The notes beneath the pieces are model-generated. The model was not told the DNA's origin. It did not search any database and saw only the letters and a program-made list of their open reading frames with translations. Made by a program: the position numbers and the translations under genes. A DNA stretch of 62,972 nt, counting the filler, from Sphacelaria rigidula (Eukaryota), in assembly GCA_964200075.2 (NCBI GenBank). It is 9 parts of 9 records of this genome, joined end to end, with 100 filler letters (N's around TTAATTAATTAA, not from the genome) between each part and the next. Parts side by side here need not be neighbours in the genome. Positions count along the whole stretch, not along the records: positions 7,009 to 13,916 come from CAXNAA020017464.1; positions 14,017 to 20,924 come from CAXNAA020017465.1; positions 21,025 to 27,932 come from CAXNAA020017466.1; 6 more parts are not named here. One strand, written 5' to 3'. Position 1 is the stretch's first letter, and every line of letters starts with the position of its first letter. This document shows, in pieces, positions 11,901 through 21,786 of this stretch.

Positions 11901-13916
11901 GGATCTGGAGGCTCATGCCGTGATGCTGTTCCATCCCCGCCCCGGTTGCCAGGTGCTGATGTTTCCGGATGCATCCGACTGTCATTGGGGTAGTTTTGTA
12001 ACGCAGGAGCCTGATGCAAAAAAGCAACAACGGTTGCCGGTTGAAGACATGACGCATGAACCGCTGGCTTTTCTGAGTGATAATTTCAAGGGTTCACGGA
12101 TGCGTTGGGCAACCATTGACAAGGAAGGTTTTGCTATCGTGAGTACTTTCCGTCGTCTCGAGCATCTATTGTAGAATGGCGTACACATTTTCACGAATCC
12201 CCGAAATCTAGCGTACATTTTCAACCCGGAGGCATGCGTGACGTCTGCGTCGAAGGCGTTGGCACAGCGATTGGAGGGATGGAAAGGTGTATTAGGCCAG
12301 TATCGGTTAACGATTTTTCATATTTCGGGTGAACGTAACGCGTGGGGTGACTTGCTGTCGCGCTGGGTAAATATTCCACTTTGCCTGCGCGCACTGTGGC
12401 TGTGTATGGCCCGTGCGAACCTGATGACTCGATGCCGTCCAAACCTGCTGTCGGCCAAGCGCAACGAAAAGACCTTGGGGCCGAAGATGCGGATGTGCAA
12501 TCTTTCGAGTCGAACGTTGGTACTGCTACTTTTCGACAGTGAAGGTCTATTTCGTGTGCATGTGCCTGGCCGAAACGTTTTGTGGATTCCGAGTTCTGAC
12601 AAGCAGTTGCAGGTACGTCGGATGATTTGCGCGCACATGCGCGACGCCGGGCATCGTGGTGTGGCTGCGACGCTCGCGCGCTTGTAAGAGTTTTGTGTCT
12701 GGCAGGGGATAGAAACTAATGTGCGCGAATTTGTCCGCCAGTGTCTTCACTGTGCTGACTCGAGGGCGGATGATGTTGTTCGCCGCCCGCTTGGTGAAAC
12801 GGTCCATGGGACCACGCCGAATGAAGTCGTTCATTTTGACTTCTTGCACGTAGGCGAGGGTGGCCCGCTAGCTTCTCAAGGTTTGTCGGAGGATGCTGGG
12901 AGCCATCCTACGATAGGGGGGGGGGTATTTGGTTGCATGAAAAAAGAGGCTCATAAATGTGTCAGACAACCTGCCGTACTCGCCGTGCGCTTGTATTTGG
13001 TTCAANNNNNNNNNNCCATAACAAGCTCGTTCGAGCAACCGTTGCTGCTTTCAACGACGATTTGACTCGGAATTTCGTGCAAGAAATGGCCCAAAATCCC
13101 CCCCCCCCCCCCCCTATCGTAGGATGACTCCTATGTTCCGATACATTCAGGTAATCATAGATGATTTGAGCAATTTTATGGCTGTGGAACCAGTAGCAGA
13201 GTGTACTGCTGAATCGACTGCTGCGTCTTTGCTGAATTGGTGCAAAACTTTGGGGGTGCCCCGTGTGTGAGTGAGTGATACCGCCACGCATTTCAAGAAT
13301 ACGATCTTGGCCCGATTGCGAGAGGCTTTGCGCGTTGTTCACCAGTTTGCGGTAGCGTATTCTCCATGGTCTAACGGTACGTGCGAACGCATGGCCAAGA
13401 AAGTAAATCGTGCTCTTCGCTCTATTCTTCTCGAGCAGCGTCGAGAGGTGACCGAGTGGGTGGATGTGTTTCCCGCTGTGCAATGGGCGCTAAATACAGC
13501 ATATCGCCGTCGGGACGATAGTACGGCGTATCACGTGATGTCTGGTCGTGCCCCTCGGGCGTCTTTCTCGGTGCTAGCGTCCTCGTCGGCGGGGGAATGG
13601 AAGTGTGATGTTTTGAACGATGTTCAAATTAAGAGTGCATTACAAGGAGTCTTGGACTTGCAAGAACGTTTCCACGTTCAAGTGCAGGAGCGTGTTGCAG
13701 CTGAACGTGCGCGTAGACGTGAGGGGTCTTCGTCGGGGCTGGAACTGCCGAATTTCGAGGTAGGCGATTATGTTTGTATGCACGCGTGCGTCGCCCGGTA
13801 GTTACGCCTAAATTGATGGCGACGTGGACTGATCCGTGGAGAGTGGCTGGTGCTCATCACCCGCATGCCTTTGAGATCCAAAACATTGTTTCGGGTCGTG
13901 TTCAGACCGCTCATGT
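8956..13916 (+). mobile_element. Degraded Ty3/gypsy LTR retrotransposon, gag-PR-RT-RNaseH-INT with stops and frameshifts, truncated by the linker
   Basis: Gag: zinc knuckle CCQCGQVGHYARKC (9717-9758). Protease: VLDSGA (~10335). RT: FRLVSDY, KSDLLQGY*Q, I*VDD (~11470). RNase H: FPDASD and KEGFAIV. Integrase: H..GH..CLHC, FDF, SDTATHF, SNGTCER. Confidence 0.93.
12900..13130 (+). mobile_element. MITE with GAG(T/C)CATCCTACGATAG(G)n TIRs inserted in the gypsy integrase
   Basis: It has inverted termini. The integrase reads EDAG before it and FRYIQVIIDDLSNF after it. It contains a 10-N gap at 13006-13015. Confidence 0.85.
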
Positions 13917-14016
13917 NNNNNNNNNNNNNNNNNNNNNNNNNNNNNNNNNNNNNNNNNNNNTTAATTAATTAANNNNNNNNNNNNNNNNNNNNNNNNNNNN
14001 NNNNNNNNNNNNNNNN

Positions 14017-14427
14017 ATCAGGACCTCTAGTGTTGTCGCTTTCATCGTACCCTAGAGGTCATCGTCTCCCTCACTCATTCCAAGAGTGTGTGCACTGGGG
14101 TCCTTAGCAGTACACTCCAAACATAGCCACCAGGCTATACCCCACCCTATGTATTCGGGCCAAGTTATAACAGAGGTTTCCTCTCCTCTTTTTTCTTGAA
14201 AGAAAGTGCGTCCGACGGGAATCGAACCAGCGACTAACTTTCCTTGAAGAAAAAAGAGGAGAAAAAACCTCTGTAATAACTTGGCCCAAATACATAGGGT
14301 GGGATATAGCCTGGTGGTTATGTTCGAAGTGTACTGCTAAGGACCCCAGTGCATACACTCTGGAAATGATTGAGGGAGACGATGACCTCTAGGGTACGGT
14401 GAAAGCGACAACACTAGAGGTCCTGAT
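14017..14427. repeat. Long foldback (~190-bp arms, left arm cut by the linker) with a tRNA 3'-half-like loop
   Basis: 14017-14206 is the imperfect reverse complement of 14238-14427. The loop's minus strand reads GCTGGTTCGATTCCCGTCGGACGCA. Confidence 0.85.
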
Positions 14428-14476
14428 GGCAGTCGAGAGAGTGCTGGCAAGGGGAGTCGCCCTCCTCGGAGTGAAA

Positions 14477-14598
14477 GTGACGGGGATTGAACCCCCAAGA
14501 ATAACTGTTGTGACGGTTGAAGAGGCAACCAACTAGACTACTGACCAGTCAGCGCTAACTGGTCAGTAGTCTAGTTGGTTGTCTCTTAAACCGTCACA
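14477..14598 (-). repeat. tRNA-derived (Asp-like) repeat with a 90-bp palindrome; second copy at ~33984-34108
   Basis: The minus strand has A-box TAGTCTAGTTGG, an anticodon-loop-like CCGTCAC and B-box GGTTCAATCCC. The palindrome 14509-14598 is centred on AGCGCT. Confidence 0.7.
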
Positions 14599-14764
14599 GG
14601 TGGCGCGGCTGATGTAGAGAATGGATCGAATGGGGGTCGATATGAACGGCCGTCAGTTGCGCTCCTGCATAATGCCGGGGGAGTCCGGCGAGCAATCTTA
14701 GTCTCGTGCTCCGTGGGCTGTGTTGAAAAAGCTTTAGAAAGTGCTGTCGGTGGCGCCGAAGAAT

Positions 14765-16371
14765 TTAGAACGCCTCCGTTGGCACGTCATGGACCTGTGC
14801 AATCCGAAGTGAATGTACCAAGACTTCTCGTGTTGGGGCTCGAGTTATGTGTCGGTCCTGTCCGCTGATGTCTATCAGTGGAACCACTGTTGGCGCGAGA
14901 GGTGTTACCTCTTTGGCGAGAGTCAGGACTATGATTGTTGTTTTATCGGCGATTAGAGCGACTGTTGCCTCGAGTGTTTGAATGGTTGCGATGATTTCGA
15001 CCTGGGATATGATCGTGCGCATTCGTCTTTGTCATTGGCGCCACGCGGGCTCATTGTTCTGCAGTTCAGGGTGTATGAGATCGAATGCGTGTATGCATTA
15101 GTTGTCACAGTCACGCATGATGTGACCTTGTACAATGCAGTTGATGCAGCTGTTGGCGTGGCGGCTGGAAGGGTCGCGTCTAGCCGAAGAAGACAGAAGC
15201 GGGTTCCACAAATGGGGATCATTCGTGATAGAAGCTGTCGTAGAAGTCAAATACACATCGTCCCATGTCTCTTCAGAGTACGGCCATCCGTCAAACTCGC
15301 GCAGAAGGAGTCTTTGTTACTCCTCACACTCATTACTGAGCCGACGACACTGTCGGGGGTCCATGTAGCACGAGATGAGCTCGAGTTCCATCCGCGGCAC
15401 CCGTAGGTGTTCGCGGAGGAGACAGCTGTAGGCTATAAACGCGAAGACAAATACTTGTCACGCCGAAGGGCGGGAGTGAGGTTGCTTCCTTGATGGACAA
15501 AAGCTGTCCACATTGCGTCTACAGAGGCGTAGGGCACCTGGCGGTGTGCTAAGGCACCCGGAAACAACGACGGCATCAGTGCCGGAAACTGCTCAGAAAA
15601 ATGCGCACGGACACACGGCGGACACATAGAATCAGAAGGGCCGCTCTGGCGTCCTGTTCCCAAAGTGCTGCAAACCAACGACTCGAACTGACGAAGGTAG
15701 TCGGGAAAGGGGACGTCCGTGGCTACACCGAACGAGCTTAGACGCTGAATGGAACTGCCTCGGGTACTCCGATCGAAAAAAACAGTTAAACGCCGCTTCA
15801 GACTACTGAGTAGAGCCGGCGCAGCTCGCCCCAGGGCATGGTCCTGATCCATCGCTGAGATGAATCCGTCGAGGACCTGCGTCAATGAAGGAGCAATGTC
15901 AGGCGAGCGATAATATATGGCGCAGTGCAAGGCGTTGTGTAGCGACGTCTGCCAACCATCGTCCCAAACGGGATCTTCAAAGCGCTGAGCACCCGTGCAA
16001 ACCGCTCATTGCAGAACATTTCGTACTTTACGACGGATGGAGTGAATACGACCAGAGGTAAACTGTCCCGAGTCCTCATTGTCCGCTGCAGGCATGGTTT
16101 CAACATGCCAAAATTTCTTGACACCCGTCTGAATGTACTCTCTCTAAATAGCTGCTACTCAAGGAGTCTCAGCCTTAGCAGCTGCTGCAGCCTCACGAGG
16201 TGCAGTCTGTTCTTGGCTAGCCGCGGCAGCAGCTAAAGCGCGGGCCGAGGTAAACAACGAAGGTCGATCTTTGTTATCAGTACCAGACAAACCTAATATG
16301 TCGCGGGGAACATCAGCCAAACGAGGTGCTCCTTGCCTGATGTTGATAGAATTAACCGGTGGCGGGTCCAT
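14765..16371 (-). pseudogene. Degraded retroelement gag-like gene
   Basis: The ATG at 16371 (MDPPPV) is in frame with ORF 15930-15433 across premature stops. A CCHC knuckle CINCIVQGHIMRDC lies at 15148-15107 after a frameshift. The 3' end is approximate. Confidence 0.65.
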
Positions 16372-16457
16372 TGTTGACCGAGTCCTATTGCGGGGCTTGC
16401 CAGAAGATCCGAANNNNNNNNNNAGCCGTAGCCCGTACACTCGTGGTTCGGAAATTG

Positions 16458-17867
16458 TCAGGACCGGTCCGTTCGGCGTGAGCCGGATCCTCTTCGTTCT
16501 CCGCCGGAGGACCCGGAACCGTCGCGGTGACGACCGCGTCCGCCGCCCTGATGGTCATCGTTGTTGGGGTCGCGTTTGGGCGGCCGGCAGCTCGCGGTGA
16601 CGGGAGTACAGGTGTCCTCGTCATTGTTGTGATCGTCTTCAGCAAAGGTGCCCGACTGGAATGCATATCGTAAGGCCTGTAAAAGGCCACGTACTGTCTT
16701 GTTGTAGACACCGGCGCCATTATTGGGGCCAGTCTGCGCGTGCGCCACGAGCTGGGCGAGCGTCAGGGAGTGCGGATCGGAGTCCGGGACATATGCGCCT
16801 TGGTCAAGGTACAAGCCCTAGGCAACAAGAACTCGATGGTGTACGGTGGTCCAAGCGTCCTTGGAGCTCCGTAGGGGGTTGTCGACAGAAACGTCTGCGG
16901 AGAAGTCGCGGACAGTATGGACAAGCCAAGTGACCTCGTTGGGGGCAAGGGCGAGACCAGGCTGGTCATCGCCCCTGGTGTCAGTGGCAGCAGCGTATGT
17001 CTTGTTTTCCTACTTACGGGGGATACGGTACCCCGAAGAGGAAGAAGAGGCCGGGCCCGATGGCGGAGAAGATGCGGGGGTTCGCCGAGGGTGCTGCGGA
17101 TCTTGGAGCAATGTGGCGCGAGCCCAAGCGGCCTGATGATCGCTAAGCAGGGTCGCCGCGAATTCTGCGTGATCACCGGTCGGGGTGACGTGTGCAGCAA
17201 GCTCCGTAGCCTTGCGTCGGCTGACTTCAATGACCGATTGGTGTTCGGTGTGAGCTCGAAGGGCAGCGGAGTGTGCGGCGATAGCGGTGTCCACGTTTCG
17301 CTGGAGATTGAACTGCCGTGTGTTGTATTCCTCGCGGAGGAGGAGGATCGCGTTCTCGTCGGCGGCGCGGTCATCTCGCACGTCGCGAGATGCCGGCGCC
17401 GCACCTGCCGACGCCGGGGTGGTGACCGTAGGTATCGGCGCCGGGGTGGTGGCTCGGTAGCAGGCGATGATGCGGTTTTGGGCGTCGCGATCGTGTTCCA
17501 TGAACAGGCACACAAGGTAGCCCGCTGGGCAACCCTCCTCAGTCAGCTGCGGCTGTGGTTGTGTCGGTAGGACGACGGGGGTTGTTGGGGACCCAGCCGG
17601 AGATCTCTCATCGGTGTGGGCACCGCCGACGGCGGCAGTGGCGGCGGCAGTAGCGGCAGTAGCGGCAGTAACAGCGGCCGAAGGTGCCGCAAAGACGCTC
17701 GGGGCGACAGCAATAGCGACTGGGGGGGTAGCGATCATAGCTGGAGGAGCAGTCGTTGCCATGGTGGCCGCCGTGGTGGCCCCCGTGGTTGCCGAAAGGG
17801 CGATGGGCGAGGTCTTGGGAAGATCCATGGTGTGCTTGAGTGAGCGTTGCAGATCTGAATCTACCAT
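16458..17867 (-). pseudogene. ~470-codon Ala/Pro/Thr-rich ORF with two internal stops, upstream of the gag-like gene; function unknown
   Basis: ORFs 17867-17010 and 16814-16458 are in the same frame and have a GC-rich, coding-like composition. Confidence 0.5.
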
Positions 17868-18859
17868 TGGAGCAAGTGGATAGTGGCGGCAGCGGAGCGG
17901 GATGGAACATCGCGGGTAGATAGAGTTCGACTATGATAACGTCGGGGCTCGTAAGAAGAATCGCCGCTGACTTTCTCTATCGAGGAAGCTGGATCCGACG
18001 ATAGATCAGAGAGGATATATCTGACATCGTCCACATGCATAGTGTGATGAGTACGTGAGTTGTGTACGCGTTGAGAGTGACTAATGGGCGGAACGCAACC
18101 ACTTGTGTGGCTATTACTGGACGATCGTCGAGAACCGCGGGAGGGTTGACGGCTGTGCCCTGGGCTACCCCCGTGGGGATGACTGTTGTTGTCATGCCTA
18201 CCACGCGGCGTTGATTTATGATGGCGGGGTGCACGGGCCCCGCTTTCGTAGGGAGCGGAAGATACACGAGAATTATCTCTGTCGTGCCTTCCTCTCGGGG
18301 GTTGTGTAGATCGCGCAGTGGTGACTGGGGGGTCATGACATGTGGCAGCGATCTCTGCACTTCGAGCACCGCGGACAATATGCGCGTAAGAGGAGCGTGC
18401 CTGAGGATGTAGCGTGGTATCGTAAAGAGTCTTGAGTGCCGTGATAAGATTTGAACCAGAATCGTCTGCGGAGCCATGTGAAGCATTGTCTGAGTTCTGG
18501 AGAGTCAAAGTCATTACCTCAACCATGGTTGCAGGGCCAGATGACGGGGTAAGGCGCGTTGGACTATCAAAGGTCGTAGAGTGAGGACTTCCAACAGAAG
18601 CAACACCCGTGGCACTTTCCGAACACCGGAATCGACCCGCTTGGAAGGGGTTGGCGAAACGTTGATCGTCTTCGAACTGGGTGCCATGGAAGAAGCCACC
18701 GCTGTAGGTCCAGCTGAGGGTGCCACCCTATCCGCGGATCCTAGAACGAACGGCATCCGGGGGAACACTTTACAGTGAGCGAGGTGCTTCGGCACTAGCC
18801 GATATCGAATCGTCACGGGATGTTTCATCGTGGCACATAGGTGTTGCAGCCGCAATTGC

Positions 18860-19036
18860 TGTCGAGCCGCCACGAAATGGTACGTCGTGAAGCAGTCTTG
18901 ACTTTGAAGGCCGCTGGTCTTCAAGTCCCGTAGATAGAGCAGCGCCTGATGTCGAGCCGCCACGAAAGGTTACGTCGTGAGGTAGTCTTGACTTTGATGG
19001 TCGCTGGTCTTCAAGTCCCGTAGATAGATCAGCGCT
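18860..19036 (+). repeat. Direct tandem duplication, 90-bp period, 2 copies
   Basis: TGTCGAGCCGCCACGAAA..GTCCCGTAGATAGA occurs at both 18860 and 18950. Confidence 0.85.
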
Positions 19037-20576
19037 CTTGGGTTGTTGTCGTAGAGCCGAAGATGACATACCGCCTTTCCCGATGTGACGAGAACGGTGA
19101 TTAGTTTGGCTTCGTGTACGGCGAGGCCATGGGTCTCCCGAACCGGAGAAGGAAGCCAGGTTGATGAGTTGCGACAAAATGAGGGGGTGTGTCGGCGGCG
19201 TTGTATCCACGGTTCTGGAAAAATCAAAATAAGCGCAAGTAGCTAGACAACAACAAGAGGAACGTAGGTGTAGTAGGTGCCACGGGTGTGCCGATTTAGA
19301 ATGCAGGGCAATATTGTGTCACCAGAGAGAATAAAGGGCACTTGTGCCCGAAGGAATGCTCAAAATCAAGGAGCAGTGCCGTAATGTAGTAGTTGAGGGC
19401 ACCAGAGTACAACAACGTCCCAGTGAATCAAGAGGACAGTCGGTAGGAAAAGAGCCGCGGTTGAATAACGAACTACGAGGCGGCCAAACAAAAATGTTTT
19501 CTAGGGCTGGAACAGTCCAATATAAAACAAAATCCGGTACTCAAAACGGGGCGAGCTGATGGATTGCAATAACTGCAATAACAAAGATTGTGTGCTTCAA
19601 CGCTGTACTTTTCAATAATTAATGTGTAGGAAAGACGCGGGCAGCCTACTGTCTGTACTCTGTAAAAACAGTGTGCCGCCGAAAGAAGAGAGAATTTTCG
19701 CACACAGTCAGTGCTGGGCCGCGGTGCAATGAAAGCAGATAAAGATGGTGCGTGGAAATATCAGTAGTGCTGTGCAGATATCGGAAGGGGTGTTAATGTG
19801 AGCAATGTTACGGTAGGGGTGCACTTTTGGCGCAAAATTGTGTCTGGTTTATGGGCTCCTAACGGTTGTAGATGCACAAAATATGGATCAGGGCATCCCC
19901 GTTTGCAAATCAATTTGGCATATCCCTGGGACGTTGGAATAGTTCTTCTGACGTACTCCAACATATTTCATAAGTCGTGTTTTGGATGAGATGAAGGGCT
20001 CCTAACATTTATACCCTCAGAACATATCTGTGCATCCCCACCGTAGCATCACTCATGTGAAGAGAACAACAATGATGCATACGGTAGAACCCATTCGGCC
20101 GTGGTCTATGTTTGCACAGGTTTGTGTTACAGAGATGCGCCCACCACTTGGAAAGTTGGCAGTGAAGAACTTCCGTCTAATCAAATGAAAAAAAAACTCG
20201 ACCACATTAGGAGCAGCAGGTACTCAGTTCCGAGGTGCCAGAAAAGCAAGAAGCCGGCATACAGTTTTGTGTTGCTCCATGCGACAAACACGGGAGTTTA
20301 CAAATTACTGGTGGGTTTTTTCTTCGGACGAGCCTTGGGAACCTCCATAAGCATCGATACTTTTCAAAAACTTGCAAAGGCACTCTCCAGCTGTGATTAT
20401 TGATCTTGCTCGTGTTGAAACCCAAGTCATCCGCAAATCATTGAATCCGGTGTTTCTTCCGAACAGCTTCGACCTCTGTTCATTCCCGTACAGCATTGTC
20501 ATTCCCAATTTTCAGAATCTAACGGCAGCGACAGAATGGATCACATTGATTGCCCCACCCGTCCTTGCCCTTCCCT

Positions 20577-20686
20577 CACGGGTGTCCACTGGGGTGCCTG
20601 AAAAACCAAATTTGAACGTTACAGACGTTGCACAAGGTCTGTAACGTCCAAATTTGAGGTTACAGGCACCCCAGTGGCCACCCGTG
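20577..20686. mobile_element. 110-bp palindromic MITE with CACGGGTG termini and 2-bp TSD (CT)
   Basis: It reads CT|CACGGGTGTCCACTGGGG...CCCCAGTGGCCACCCGTG|CT, with the same termini as 50731-51016. Confidence 0.75.
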
Positions 20687-21024
20687 CTGGTACAATTCGA
20701 GACCAACAACTGATCGATGAACGCTTCCCAGGTATAGGTCCTCTCAATAACGTCGCGCAAAACGTTTGCGGGTACGGCGAAAACACGAGGTATCCTTCCC
20801 TCCCCTTCCCTTCCCTGGTGCTCCGTCTCGAAAGGGATGCGTGGTCAATGGTCAAACGACTAAGACAAGCAACAAATGAGTACGCCCCCCCCCACACCCC
20901 GCGCCACAGCACCCCCCCCCTCCCNNNNNNNNNNNNNNNNNNNNNNNNNNNNNNNNNNNNNNNNNNNNTTAATTAATTAANNNNNNNNNNNNNNNNNNNN
21001 NNNNNNNNNNNNNNNNNNNNNNNN

Positions 21025-21119
21025 TACATACATACATACATACATACATACATACATACGTACATACATACAGAAATACAGACATATGTGCAGACATACA
21101 TACAGACATAAATACATAA
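21025..21119 (+). repeat. (CATA)n microsatellite, degenerating 3'
   Basis: Directly visible. Confidence 0.95.
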
Positions 21120-21289
21120 CATGCCCTTGTCCTGTGGATGATGACTCTTGCCGTGTAGCCTATGCCTGAAGGTACAGGCCGCAGCTGTTTACTTCGTGAA
21201 TGGATGCTCTAAGGGAAGTTCTTATCAAGCGTGAGGCCAGTGGATCCTGGAGAAGTCCCTCACTGAATAGCCCTCTTGTCCAGATCGTG

Positions 21290-21620
21290 TGGCAGAGGCT
21301 ATACCACGGGCTCACCCAGGAGGGGCGGCAAGCCTCTAGAATGGTAGATTTTGCTGCTCTCTGGGGGGAAGAAATCATCCCTGTTCCCTCCAGAGGATAT
21401 CCACGGAGTCACTCTGGAGGGACGAAGCGAAAAAGGCAAACCTCCAGTCGGGTAGGTTGCGCTGTCCTCTGGGGGGAAGGCGTCACCTCCAGTTCCCTCC
21501 AGAGATACAGAACAAACATCCCTCTAGAAGGGAGAGGGGTCCACAATACTCTAGAGGCGAAAGGGGAACCAAGATTCTAGCGGGATGTCGACCCCCCACA
21601 TCCCGTAGGAGGCGTAGGGC
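21290..21620 (+). repeat. Second copy of the repeat block seen at 7140-7720
   Basis: It shares CACCTCCAGTTCCCTCCAGAGATACAGAACAAAC and CTAGCGGGATGTCGACCCCC with that block. Confidence 0.8.
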
Positions 21621-21786
21621 ATCAGCAAACCCTCTACAGGAGTTGAGGAGTCGACGATATTTGGCCAGGAGATTGTCGTGGTTTTTTCAGGGGAAACTGA
21701 GTTGGCGGTAGCGCAGGAGTTGACGTGGGTTCCCGCCGCTCTGCATTCGACGGGGGGGGGGGGCTGCCCCGGAAGGTAACTAGTAT

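Noticed and set aside
11312..13270. RIP-like hypermutation inferred from many TGG/CAR-to-stop changes
   Set aside because: Stops arise preferentially from such transitions anyway; testing this needs an alignment to a family consensus.
14207..14598. Functional tRNA genes (also 27877-27932)
   Set aside because: Only partial or degenerate cloverleaves are present, embedded in repeats.
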